64,000 nucleotides of DNA from Eledone cirrhosa (Eukaryota): assembly GCA_964016885.1 (NCBI GenBank), contig OZ024756.1, positions 28,334,001 to 28,398,000 on the forward strand. The letters run 5' to 3'. Positions 39,877 to 53,139 of the stretch are shown here, one piece after another (position 1 is the first letter of the stretch; the number at the start of each line of letters is the position of its first letter). The notes beneath the pieces were generated by a model that saw only the letters and a program-made list of their open reading frames with translations, was not told the DNA's origin and did not search any database. Made by a program: the position numbers and the translations under genes.

Positions 39877-40078
39877 CTGAAGTAACCCAAATGGAATTGA
39901 GTTGTGTCATCTCCACGAATCACTGTCTGGAACTCTGGAGGATCAAAGTAATAGCGCCAATGTATGAGATAGTTGGGGTAACGGCCTTTGCTGTTTTTAC
40001 CCTTCAGTTGTTTGTGTTTGCCAGCTAAAATGTCAAAGGGTCCAACCAACTGGAACCCAAGAACATCTTTGAAGCAAT
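39877..40078 (-). CDS. HPF1: HPF1 exon 4
   Basis: [17 protein letters not shown]...[29 protein letters not shown]; ctAG/GTagga. Confidence 0.97.
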
Positions 40079-41059
40079 CTAGATTGAGAAAAGAAAAAGA
40101 AATATATATATATATATGTGTGTGTGTGTGCTGCTTTTGACTGTAACTCCTTGCCGTCCCTTATTGGTATGTCGATATTTCTTTTTTTTTTGTTTTTTGT
40201 GTTTCTTTGTCCAATGTCAGTTGTGTTTTCTCCTCAAAGAGTTATTCAGACATTGTAGTGAATAGGTTTGTCTTTAATGCATCTGAAACTATAATAATCC
40301 ACAGAAGACAACTGATGAGCAAGAATCGTCCTTGTGTTTGTGTCTTCTGTGCTTTCTGTTCCCTTATACCCACCACGTGTTTCTTTATAATATATATATC
40401 CTCATCATCATCATCACCGTTTTACGTCCGTTCTTCCACGCTAGCATGGGTTAGACAGGTTGTCCTATTGTGGGCAGTGTGCGGTTGGCTGACCTTGTCC
40501 TGCTCATACGGGAACTGATTCTGGCTTGATTTCTACAGTGGGATGCCCTTCTTAACACCAACCTAATTTACAGTGAGTGCTGGGTGCTTTTTTTCCATGG
40601 CGCCTACACATCCACTTTACAGTGTGGGCTGGGTGCTTTTTTGCCGTGGCACCTCCACGACCACTTTGCAGTGGAATGATAGGGACTGCAGTCCTATCAT
40701 CTCATTTCTACAGCTGAGTAAACTGGAGCAATGTGAAATAAAGTGTCTTACTCAACATATATATATCTTAACTTGACAATAGATATACAGGTAAGAGTGC
40801 AGAAGCGTAATAAGAAAGTGAGATGGAGGCTTCCGGGTCCTCTGAGAGAACAAGGGCTCCGTTTAAATGCTGACACTGTGTGAAGGGCCTGTCCAACCAT
40901 TGCTAGCAGGAAAAACGAATGTTAAATGGTGATGATGATATGTGATGCTGTATTGTAGTGAGACATGTGGAGAATATGTGAAAGTTGGAAAGAAATTGGG
41001 AGAGAATGTTTCACTGGAGATGTAATGTCAGCATCAATGAAAAACAGAGACAAATATGC

Positions 41060-41590
41060 TGGGAACAACAACAACAGCCACTACAACCACAACCACAATA
41101 ACCACAACTACAACCACTACGAGAAAGACCACAATAACCACAACTACAACCACTACAACAATCACCACCACAACCACTACAAGAAAGACCACAACAACAC
41201 AACCACAGCCACTACAAGAAAGACCTCAATAACCACAACAACCACAACACCCAGCAGCAACACCACCACCACAACCACAACTACAGCACCTGTCACAGCC
41301 ACAACATCCACAACCAAGACCACCACTACAACCACAACAACTGCCACAGCCGAGACCATAACTACAACCATAGTAATCACAACCAAGACCACAATAACTA
41401 CAGCCTCTACAGCCACCACAATCACCACCACTATAACCACAACTGCCATAGCCACTACTACAACAACCACAACCAAGACCGCAATAATCACAATCACCGC
41501 CACAGCCACTACAATCACAACCAAGACCACAATTACTACAAAAACAACAACCACCACCACCACCACAATCGCCACAACAACTACACTAAC
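41060..41590. repeat. (ACA/ACC)n trinucleotide low-complexity tract
   Basis: Direct inspection; lies in HPF1 intron 3. Confidence 0.9.
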
Positions 41591-41624
41591 AAAGAAATAA
41601 AGAAAGGAAAGAAGCAGCTCTTAC

Positions 41625-41792
41625 CGGTGGGATTTTCAGGTTTCTTTACTTCACAGAACTCCCAAAGCTCATAGAAATCTTCTGGCATATCAACTCGGAA
41701 TTTCTCCCGAATGTTTACCTTGATGTCTTCAGGAGAAGGTGGTGGTGGAGAGGGAGATGGTGGAGATGTCACCATCTCTCTTTCATCTTCAT
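41625..41792 (-). CDS. HPF1: HPF1 exon 3
   Basis: DEDEREMVTSPPSPSPPPPSPEDIKVNIREKFRVDMPEDFYELWEFC; acAG/GTaag; phase 1-1. Confidence 0.95.
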
Positions 41793-42916
41793 CTGTCAAT
41801 CAAAAGAAAGTTTCTTATAATTAAATTATTTTCTTCTTCGCCCTCGCCCACTTATTCCTGAGAGGGTGGTGGGTGGTGGGGGCAGAGTCTACAAATACTC
41901 CCTCCAGAGGGCCCTGTCAGAAGCAACCATCTCCAACTGATCCGGTCGGATCCCCAAGTGAGACCAGCCAATCTCATGGATGCTATCCAACCATCTTGTT
42001 CGGGGTCTACCCCTGGATCTCCTATCTGTTATATTTGATTTGGAATGTGTAATGTATATATAAGTTCTTGTCAGATTAATGTATGTGTATATATATATAT
42101 AAATATTGTTACACTTGGGGAGGGTCATATTGTAATATTGCCAGAAATAATAACAGAACACACTCCATGGGTACAAGCTGAAGCATATAGACAATATGCC
42201 CCCACCGCAAGGTGGTCGTGGAGGTGCCACAGCAAAAAAAGCACCCAGCCCACACTGTAAAGTGGACGTGTAGGCGCCACGAAAAAGCACCCTGCACTCA
42301 CTGTAAATGAGGTTGGTGTTAGGAAGGGCATCCAGCTGTAGAAATCAAGCCAGATCAGTTCCTGTATGAGCAAGGCATGGTCAGCCGACCAGACACTGCC
42401 CACAACAGGACAACCCGTCTAACCCATGCTAGCGTGGAAGAACGGACGTAAAACGGTGATGATGATGATGATGATGATGATGACTCACTGTTTGGTTGGT
42501 TTTCGCTTCTGTATCTTTTATATCTCCATAGTTAATTTATTTGGCAATCAATGTTTATCATTGATTGGCCAGCGGTTAAAAATACAGATATAAATATATA
42601 GTCTATCAATTTCTTTCGTTGCGCATCTGTGACATCATCAGTGGTACTATTATGTTTCCCCTTCTGTATGTCTATGGCATTTTTATTTTTATTAATTTAT
42701 TTATTTATTCTTGTCTCTGTCTCTACACATGCGTTTGCGTGTGTGTATAGTGTTTGGTGTGTGTGTTCGCGTTTGAGTGTATGTATTTTTGTTTTCGTAT
42801 TCTATCTTTGTTCACTAGTGTGTGTTTATATGTGTTTGTTGTTATTGTACTTGTGTATATATTTATTTATTTATATTTCCCTTAAGTCAGTGTGTATATA
42901 TATATATATATGTATA

Positions 42917-42961
<45 letters not shown>

Positions 42962-42967
<6 letters not shown>

Positions 42968-43281
42968 ACCTCAGTTCACAAACTTAATTCATTCCTAAAA
43001 GCTGTTTGTCACCCGTAATATTTGCAAACCAAAACTATTTTTCCCATATGAAATGTTGAGAGAGAAAAATACAGTAACTGTGTATGAGAGAAAGTTAAAT
43101 ATCAACATAATAACTAATTACATAGCAAGTGATACTTTGCTGCTGATACTCCAAGCTTGTCGTTAACCATTGTTGCTGAATTACGTGTTCATTATTTGAG
43201 TCACCGTTTCTGAACTAAGACGTTTTATGTTCAGAAAAATTCTTTATAATAAGAGGCGTTCATTAACTGAGGTCCAACTGT
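42962..43281. mobile_element. Tigger/pogo-like MITE
   Basis: TTGGAACCTCAGTT ... AACTGAGGTCCAACTGTA termini in TA context. Confidence 0.55.
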
Positions 43282-43302
43282 ATGTATATGTATATATATA
43301 TA

Positions 43303-43555
43303 TTGTTATATTTGGAGAGGGTCATATTGTTATAATATTGCCAGAAATATATAATAAAACACGCTGTTTGGTTTGGGTTGATTTATGCTTCCGTATATTT
43401 TATATCCCTATATGTTTATCATTGATGGACTAACAGTTAAAAAAAAAATATATATATATATAGTCTCTCAGAGTTCTTTCATCACACACCTGTGACATCA
43501 TCAGTGACACTATTATGTTTCCTCCCATTGTATTGTAATGTTTTCACAGCACAAG
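43303..43555. repeat. Dispersed repeat (possibly LTR-like); second copy at 42106-42670 split by a SINE
   Basis: Shared GGAGAGGGTCATATTG...TATTGCCAGAAATA and TGTGACATCATCAGTG segments. Confidence 0.5.
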
Positions 43556-43611
<56 letters not shown>

Positions 43612-43681
43612 AATAAAATTCAGAGTTACTAACTCATATTGATACCCTGCAATTAACAAGCTCAAAGTATAAATACATTAT

Positions 43682-43840
43682 ATAATATATGTAGAAATAA
43701 ACACAGTAAATTGTGTCTAAAATTACGAGGGTTGAAATACCACATTGGCTTGACAGGTTAAATTTGTCAAACCAATGTGGTATTTCAACCCTCGTAATTT
43801 TAGACAATTTACTGTGTTTATTTCTACATATATTATTATA
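43682..43840. repeat. Long inverted repeat (~75-bp arms) next to (TA)n
   Basis: ATATGTAGAAATAAACACAGTAAATTG...TTGACA / TGTCAA...CAATTTACTGTGTTTATTTCTACATAT. Confidence 0.9.
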
Positions 43841-44695
43841 TATATATAGTATAAATAAACGAAAAATCAGTGATGCATCTAGACTCAGTTTATTGCGTGT
43901 TACAATTGTTTCGCCGACATATAGCTCGAGACATGATCATTGTATGGATCTGCCTGATTCTACAATTGCAGGTTCTTCGGACATATGCAATGCTTTCGGA
44001 GCAAATTTTCTCACTGGGGTGTTAGCTTAAAAAAAAACATCTTGCCATTGGCTGTTGTTTTTCTACGTCATTATAAATTCTGGTCACTATTTGCTGCCAC
44101 ACTGGTCATCAGCTACTCTCCGTCCGACACACTTCAATGGATTCATGCTGGGTTTGGTATCTCACACGTCCGCTCACACTCGCGAGTATATACCCACAGA
44201 TACACACACACACATATAAATACATACACACATATGTACGCACACATGTGTAGAGACACACACCCATATACATATACACACACACATTCCCTCTCTTACA
44301 CATACCCAAGCACACCCACACCCATATACACACCAACACATCCACTGGCGCCTGCCTATATAGCCCCATACATCTGGTCTCACACGCGCACACACACACG
44401 TACATGCATACAAGGACACATATCAGCGTTTGCGTACATCTGCACATACACACATGGACATATACAGACACACACACGCCTGTCCTTATTGATATGCAAC
44501 AAGGACAGACACACTTCAAAAGACACAAACACACATACACACATGTATATATATCTACACATATGTATATGTACACGCATATAAACATACAAACAAACCC
44601 TGTCCTATGTGGGTGTGCCTACATACATATATATATATATATATATAATGTATAGGTAGATGTATTATCTTCAATTAGGAATGTGCAATACTTAC

Positions 44696-44888
44696 CAATA
44701 TTTTCTTTATTCACTGGACTACTTGATTCTCCAGCTATACCAGATGTCCCAGGAAGATTGTCATCTTTCAGTTTGGATTCATCATTGGCCTTATTTTCAC
44801 ACTGTGTCAATACATCTTTATTATCTTCAGACACAGATTCTGCCTCATCTGGATCTAATTTGGGTCTTTTAGGCGGCTGTGAGTCAAC
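44696..44888 (-). CDS. HPF1: HPF1 exon 2 (acidic linker, putative NLS PPKRPK)
   Basis: VDSQPPKRPKLDPDEAESVSEDNKD...NKENI; gcaaAG/GTaagt; phases 0 to 1 fit neighbouring exons. Confidence 0.88.
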
Positions 44889-44970
44889 CTTTGCAATAAA
44901 AGAAGTTTAGTGTTGATACGTGAGTATTGAATAGAGACAATGTTGAGTTTGAGAGGACTCTTCAGTCATG

Positions 44971-47580
44971 TCCAGCATGTGAAACCATCTCAAGTGGCGG
45001 TGCCACTATAAAATACACCCAGCCCCAGCATGTGAAAACCATCTCTTGTGCTGGTCCACTATAAAATACACCTAGCCCCAGCATGTGAAAACCATCTCTT
45101 GTGCTGGTCCACTATAAAATACACCCAGGCCCAGCATGTGAAACCATCTCAAGTGGCGGTGCCACTATAAAATACACCCAGCCCCAGCATGTGAAAACCA
45201 TCTCTTGTGCTGGTCCACTATAAAATACACCCAGCCCCAGCATGTGAAAACCATCTCTTGTGCTGGTCCACTATAAAATACACCCAGCCCCAGCATGTGA
45301 AAACCATCTCTTGTGCTGGTCCACTATAAAATACACCCAGGCCCAGCATGTGAAAACCATCTCTTGTGCTGGTCCACGATAAAATACACTCAGGCCCAGC
45401 ATGTGAAAACCATCTCTTGTGCTGGTCCACTATAAAATACACTCAGGCCCAGCATGTGAAAACCATCTCTTGTGCTGGTCCACTATAAAATACACCCAGG
45501 CCCAGCATGTGAAAACCATCTCTTGTGCTGGTCCACTATAAAATACACCCAGCCCCAGCATGTGAAAACCATCTCTTGTGCTGGTCCACTATAAAATACA
45601 CCCAGGCCCAGCATGTGAAAACCATCTCTTGTGCTGGTCCACTATAAAATACACCCAGCCCCAGCATGTGAAAACCATCTCTTGTGCTGGTCCACTATAA
45701 AATACACTCAGGCCCAGCATGTGAAAACCATCTCTTGTGCTGGTCCACTATAAAATACACCCAGCCCCAGCATGTGAAAACCATCTCTTGTGCTGGTCCA
45801 CTATAAAATACACCCAGGCCCAGCATGTGAAAACCATCTCTTGTGCTGGTCCACTATAAAATACACCCAGCCCCAGCATGTGAAAACCATCTCTTGTGCT
45901 GGTCCACTATAAAATACACCCAGGCCCAGCATGTGAAAACCATCTCTTGTGCTGGTCCACTATAAAATACACTCAGGCCCAGCATGTGAAAACCATCTCT
46001 TGTGCTGGTCCACTATAAAATACACTCAGCCCCAGCATGTGAAAACCATCTCTTGTGCTGGTCCACTATAAAATACACTCAGCCCCAGCATGTGAAAACC
46101 ATCTCTTGTGCTGGTCCACTATAAAATACACCCAGGCCCAGCATGTGAAAACCATCTCTTGTGCTGGTCCACTATAAAATAGACCCAGGCCCAGCATGTG
46201 AAAACCATCTCTTGTGCTGGTCCACTATAAAATAGACCCAGGCCCAGCATGTGAAAACCATTTCAAGTGCTGGTGCCACTATAAAATACACCCAGGTCCA
46301 GCATGTGAAAACCATCTCTTGTGCTGGTCCACTATAAAATAGACCCAGGCCCAGCATGTGAAAACCATTTCAAGTGCTGGTGCCACTATAAAATACACCC
46401 AGGCCCAGCATGTGAAAACCATCTCTTGTGCTGGTCCACTATAAAATAGACCCAGGCCCAGCATGTGAAAACCATTTCAAGTGCTGGTGCCACTATAAAA
46501 TACACCCAGGCCTAGCATGTGAAAACCATCTCTTGTGCTGGTCCACTATAAAATACACCCAGGCCCAGCATGTGAAAACCATTTCAAGTGCTGGTGCCAC
46601 TATAAAATACACCCAGGCCCAGCATGTGAAAACCATCTCTTGTGCTGGTCCACTATAAAATACACCCAGGCCCAGCATGTGAAAACCTACTCTTGTGCTG
46701 GTCCACTATAAAATACACCCAGGCCCAGCATGTGAAAACCATCTCTTGTGCTGGTCCACTATAAAATAGACCCAGGCCCAGCATGTGAAAACCATCTCTT
46801 GTGCTGGTCCACTATAAAATACACCCAGGCCCAGCATGTGAAAACCATCTCTTGTGCTGGTCCACTATAAAATACACCCAGGCCCAGCATGTGAAAACCT
46901 ACTCTTGTGCTGGTCCACTATAAAATACACCCAGGCCCAGCATGTGAAAACCATCTCTTGTGCTGGTCCACTATAAAATACACCCAGGCCCAGCATGTGA
47001 AAACCATCTCTTGTGCTGGTCCACTATAAAATACACCCAGGCCCAGCATGTGAAAACCATCTCTTGTGCTGGTCCACTATAAAATAGACCCAGGCCCAGC
47101 ATGTGAAAACCATCTCTTGTGCTGGTCCACTATAAAATACACCCAGGCCCAGCATGTGAAAACCATCTCTTGTGCTGGTCCACTATAAAATACACCCAGG
47201 CCCAGCATGTGAAAACCATCTCTTGTGCTGGTCCACTATAAAATACACCCAGGCCCAGCATGTGAAAACCATCTCTTGTGCTGGTCCACTATAAAATACA
47301 CCCAGGCCCAGCATGTGAAAACCATTTCAAGTGCTGGTGCCACTATAAAATACACCCAGGCCCAGCATGTGAAAACCATCTCTTGTGCTGGTCCACTATA
47401 AAATAGACCCAGGCCCAGCATGTGAAAACCATCTCTTGTGCTGGTCCACTATAAAATACACCCAGGCCCAGCATGTGAAAACCATCTCTTGTGCTGGTCC
47501 ACTATAAAATACACCCAGGCCCAGCATGTGAAAACCATTTCAAGTGCTGGTGCCACTATAAAATACACTCAAGCCCAACA
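44971..47580. repeat. 53-bp satellite (~49 copies) in HPF1 intron 1
   Basis: Unit CCAGCATGTGAAAACCATCTCTTGTGCTGGTCCACTATAAAATACACCCAGGC, with a 54-bp variant alternating in 46200-46620. Confidence 0.97.
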
Positions 47581-47778
47581 CATCTATTTGTATATGCGCT
47601 ACAATTTATGTAAATGTTATGTTTATTGCATATCAAAGCTTTTTATATCTTGGTTGATATTTGATAATGACAGCTAAACTAATCACTACAACTAAATTGA
47701 CCAAATTTACCCCCCCCCCCCCCATTCAAAAATGCTTCCACTGCCCCTGATATATACATTACACACACATCTCTCTCT

Positions 47779-47817
<39 letters not shown>

Positions 47818-47819
47818 GC

Positions 47820-48060
47820 AATGACACGCTACTCTTCTACTACCGGTAAGGAAGAGATGTTTGCCGTGGTGTCCGAGGCGTTTGGGGGAGTCAGCCTCGC
47901 CATCACCCGAGGTAACGCTGCGAGCGTGCTGGCTTGCCTCAAAATTTATTAGAGAGGTTTTGCAGTGCTCCTCGCGAAATCGTTATCTTTTGTTCTGGCA
48001 GCGGTTCGTTTGTCACCCCTCTCGCTTGTTGTTTGTGGTCCTAGATGTGTTTATTACATG
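47820..48060 (+). mobile_element. CRE-like LINE 3' end
   Basis: SLAITRGNAASVLACLKIY*; inverted homolog at 49600-49800. Confidence 0.65.
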
Positions 48061-48307
48061 CTTGTGTGTTTTAAAAACATATTTGTAATGTTATTTATAC
48101 AACTGTGAATAGAATATACCAACAAAGCAAATAGATTATGTGATGTGCGGTCTATTTACGCACTTGGAGGTGAATTGATGGTCGTTTTTGTTTTCACCCT
48201 CTTTTTTCTTCTCTCGCTCTGGTTGTATATTTCGGTGCGTTGTATTTGTGAGGTTCCTAGCAATAGTTAATTGTATTTGTTATATGTGTTTATATTTTCA
48301 TTCTAAA

Positions 48308-48540
48308 ATTGTGATGTTATTTATGTATATATTGTAATGTTATTTATGTATATATTGTAATGTTATTTATGTATATATTGTAATGTCATTTATGTATATA
48401 TTGTAATGTCATTTATGTATATATTGTAATGTCATTTATGTATATATTGTGATGTCATTTATGTATATATTGTAATGTTATTTATGTATATATTGTAATG
48501 TTATTTATGTATATATTGTAATGTCATTTATGTATATATT
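48308..48540. repeat. 23-bp minisatellite
   Basis: ATTGTAATGTTATTTATGTATAT x~10. Confidence 0.9.
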
Positions 48541-49052
48541 CAAAACTTGATAAAATAAAAAAAAAAACACCCCAAAACAACGAAGCAAATAGACAATATA
48601 AATAAAAATAGAGTCTTATATCTAAAAAATAATTGTTTCTACTTTTTCGCACAAGGCCAGCAAATACCCAGTGCATTACTGGTACTTTATTTTATCGACC
48701 CCCTGTAAGGATGAAAGGCAAAGTTAACCTCGGCGGGATTTGAACTCAGAATGGCAAGGGCCGTAACTCTATGTGTCAAAGCATGACGTCCGACCCTCTA
48801 CCGATACTGCCAAAAAAAATAATATAGATATGACATGAATACTCCTTCATTTATACACCACATCAGAGAATGCTGTTGTTTCCCCCATCTAAGTATTTTT
48901 GAGGTAATATCAAACACACGGAATTAATGGAATTAAAAAATTAAGTATATAAGCAGTTAAATTTCGCGGGTATTTTGGAACTGTTTACAAGAACAACACA
49001 TGTACGGAGGAGGAACAAAAACAGTGCGTGTGTGTATGTATGTCAAACTGAC

Positions 49053-49205
49053 CTGGTCGATCTGGTTCTGTTGCTTGTCAGTTTCGGGTTTCGTAGGGTG
49101 ACGGTATTCACGCAAATGTACCGGATTCTTTCTATAACAATTATCGCCATATTTACATATGGGTCGTTTATCTTTATTCGTTTTGACTGGACTCACTGCT
49201 GCCAT
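49053..49205 (-). CDS. HPF1: HPF1 exon 1 (start codon, PBZ zinc finger)
   Basis: MAAVSPVKTNKDKRPICKYGDNCYRKNPVHLREYRHP fits the PBZ consensus C.YG..CYR.NP.H...F/Y.H; donor CAG|GTCAGT phase 0; in-frame stop upstream of ATG. Confidence 0.9.
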
Positions 49206-50819
49206 ATTCAGTTAATAATCTTATCTCCAGCATTGGAGAGTTCCTTGTTCTCATAACTCTACAACTTTTATTTAAATTATCAGCAGGTGAAACGGAAGAG
49301 ATAGAAACTTTTTGTTAAGAATTTATTTCACAAAATTAATTCATATACTGAATAGGAAAACCTGATCTTTGCAAGCCTTATATATACTGACAGTGAATTT
49401 ATAATGTTTATTCAACAAACAGATATATACATATTTTTTTACAGATAAAAAGAAATATAATAGTAATATTATGAATAAAAAGAAATAGAAATATAATAAT
49501 TGTTTCTACTTTTGGCACAAGGCCAGAAAAATACCTAGTGCATTACTGGTATTTTATTTTATTGACCCCATAAGGATACAATGCTTTCAGAACGAAAGCG
49601 TAAACGAATATAATGTAAAGGAAGGGGTGGACAACCGAGCTACTACCAGAGCAAAAGATAGCAATATCGAGAGGAGCACTGGGAAACCTCTTTAAAGATT
49701 TTTGAGGCAAGCCAACACGCTCGCAGCGTTACCTCGGGTGATGACCAGGCTGATACGTTGGAAGAACCAAACGCCCTCGCGAGATTCACCAGTAACGTTC
49801 TCTATCCTGTCCGACTGTTTACGTATTGAGTTCGAATCCCAACGAGGTCAACTTTGCCTTTCACCGTCCGTCCGTTGTATATATTCAAAACTGACCCTCA
49901 AATTGCTGACCTAGTGACCCGGCTTCGCAACATAGTTATGGCCCTTTACGTTCCGAGTTCATGTCCCACCGAGGTTAGCTATGCCTTTATCGACTCCGTA
50001 AGTATCTCGATAAAATAAAGTACCAGTGACACACTGGGGTCGATTTAATTGACTTCCCCTTTCCCCAAAATTGCTGGCCTTGTGCCGATATCAGAAACCA
50101 TTTTATTATTAAAAGGGGCGGTGGATTGGCAGTATCGGTTGGGCGTCGGACAATATGCTTTGCTGCATAGAGTTATGTCCCTTTACATTCTGGGTTCAAA
50201 TCCCGCCGAGGTTAGCTTTGCCTTTCATCGTTACGGGGTCGATAAATAAAGCACCAACATAAGATGTTACAATGTAATTTGAGGGAAACATGGAGCCTAA
50301 TGGTAAGTGATTGAAAAACCATATAGACACTTCCTCATCGAAGTTGGTCGTTTTATTTAGGTATGTGTGAAGAGACAAAGGTCGACAGCCAAAATGCAGG
50401 CTTGATAATATCAACTTAGAGACATGACTTGACCATTTCCCTTTAAAGTAGTCCTCAGGGAGATTGAGCATGACATAGTGTGTGAAAAGGCTTGCTCTTT
50501 GAATTACAGTTACAACTCATGTTTGCCAACTGATTGGACTGGAGCTCCGTGAAATAAAGTGTCTTGTTCAAAGACATGTGTTGCTGGGAATTGAACTCGT
50601 GACTTTATGATTGCAAGCCAAACACTACAACCACTAAGCCACATGCCTTCACATCTTGAGTAAAGAAAAATGATTGGAATGATCATCATCATCATCAATA
50701 TTTAATCTCAATTTTGCATGAGTTATATGGGTTGTCATGTCAAGTCAGGTGACCATGTCTTGCTCATATGAATCTGTTTGGGGCTTGGTTTCTATAGCTA
50801 GATGCCCTTCCTACTGCCA

Positions 50820-52182
50820 ACCACATTACAGGGTGGACTGGATGCTTTTTATCATGGCATCAAAATGACCACCTTACAAAGCTGACTGGGTGAGTTTTGT
50901 CACGGCACCAGAACGACCTTACAGGGTGGACTGGGTGTTTTTTGCCATGGCACTAGAACGACCTTACAGGGTGGACAGGGTGTTTTTTGCCATGGCACCA
51001 GAACGACCTTACAGGGTGGACAGGGTGTTTTTTGTCATGGCACCAGAACGACCTTACAGGGTGGACAGGGTGTTTTTTCTCATGGCACCAGAACGACCCT
51101 ACAGGGTGGACAGGGTGTTTTTTGTCATGGCACCAGAACGACCTTACAGGGTGGACTGGGTGTTTTTTCTCATGGCACCAGAATGACCACCTTACAGGGT
51201 GGACAGGGTGTTTTTTTGTGATGGCACCAGAACGACCTTACAGGGTGGACTGGGTGTTTTTTCTCATGGCACCAGAATGACCACCTTACAGGGTGGACAG
51301 GGTGTTTTTTTGTGATGGCACCAGAATGACCACCTTACAGGGTGAACTGGGTGTTTTTTGTGATGGCACCAGAATGACCACTTTACAGAGTGGACAGGGT
51401 GTTTTTTTGTGATGGCACCAGAATGACCACTTTACAGGGTGAACTGGGTGTTTTTTGTGATGGCACCAGAATGACCACCTTTCAGGGTGGACAGGGTGTT
51501 TTTTTGTGATGGCACCAGAATGACCACCTTACAGGGTGGACAGGGTGTTTTTTTGTGATAGCACCAGAATGACCACCTTACAGGGTGGACAGGGTGTTTT
51601 TTTGTGATGGCACCAGAATGACCACCTTACAGGGTGGACAGGGTGTTTTTTTGTGATGGCACCAGAATGACCACCTTACAGGGTGGACAGGGTGTTTTTT
51701 TGTGATGGCACCAGAATGACCACCTTACAGGGTGGACAGGGTGTTTTTTGTGATGGCACCAGAATGACCACCTTACAGGGTGGACAGGGTGTTTTTTTGT
51801 GATGGCACCAGAATGACCACCTTACAGGGTGGACAGGGTGTTTTTTTGTGATGGCACCAGAATGACCACCTTACAGGGTGGACAGGGTGTTTTTTTGTGA
51901 TGGCACCAGAATGACCACCTTACAGGGTGGACAGGGTGTTTTTTTGTGATGGCACCAGAATGACCACCTTACAGGGTGGACAGGGTGTTTTTTGTGATGG
52001 CACCAGAATGACCACCTTACAGGGTGAACTGGATGTTTTTTGTGATGGCACCAGAATGACCACCTTACAGGGTGGACAGGGTGTTTTTTTGTGATGGCAC
52101 CAGAATGACCACCTTACAGGGTGAACTGGATGTTTTTTGTGATGGCACCAGAATGACCACCTTACAGGGTGGACATGGCACC
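50820..52182. repeat. ~41-45-bp satellite expanded inside a family-3 SINE
   Basis: Unit TTACAGGGTGGACAGGGTGTTTTTTTGTGATGGCACCAGAATGACCACC x~30, continuous with SINE sequence at 50680-50850. Confidence 0.92.
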
Positions 52183-53139
52183 AGTAGTATGGAAAGAAAA
52201 TACAAGATAGTCATGGCTGGAAGATCTTTGATTTTGGATCTGTCCATTGAGAGTTGAGTTAGTGCTGAACAACAACACTGATAATGGCAACCTGCTAGAT
52301 ATGATAGTCAGATATACCTCAAATCAGGTCTACAGTGTCAGAAAATATGTCAATAACTTTGCTAAACCAATGTTTCACAGCACACCTAGCTGAGGTGAGG
52401 GGGAGAGAGAAAGAAAGAGAGAGTGAGGGGGAGAGAGAAAGAAAGAGAGATGGGAAGGATGGAGACTGACACAGTGTATATCTTGGATATTTCAAACATG
52501 GCAGAGTCCAGCTATCTCCAAATCTGTCAGTCTATTATTGAGAAAGAAGAGAGAGTTAGAGGAGGAAGAGAGAGAGCTAGAGAGAAAGGGGAGCAAGCAT
52601 AAGAGAGAGAGAAAGTAAGAGAGAGTTAGAGAGAGAGAGAGCGAGTTAGAGAGAGAGAGCAAGCTAGAGAGAAAGGGGAGCAAGCATAAGAGAGAGTTAG
52701 TTAGAGAGAGAGAAAGATTGACAGAATTACTTGTGTTTTACTTTACATTATCAAAACAAAACAAAAACTCATATCTTTGATAAGACAATATTTTAATTAG
52801 TATAAATCACATTAATTAACGGTTGACACAAATCTACTACGAATATCAACATTATTATTATTATTTTTATATTGTTACAAAGAAATTATTATAGCAAGGA
52901 CGATTTTTTTGTTTTTTTACATTTTCACTCAAAGAAAAATAAAATGTTACATGAAATCTGAAAATCCTTTTTTGAGGGGACAAGGCCAAGGGATTTTTAT
53001 TGAGGAGAAACCTTATGGGTTTAATAAAACCACTGCAGTCTATTTATACTGGTTATCATTTTATTGCAGCCCCTGAGGGGATGAAAGGCATAGCTGAGGG
53101 ATTACCCCCCACCTCCCCATGCTTTATAATGCCTTAGTT

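Noticed and set aside
40965-41600. Mucin-like Thr/Asn/His-rich 211-aa ORF
   Set aside because: Trinucleotide low-complexity tract antisense within HPF1 intron 3
44971-47580. CRISPR-like array with palindromic repeats
   Set aside because: No unique spacers; units are contiguous near-identical copies in a eukaryotic intron, with no cas genes
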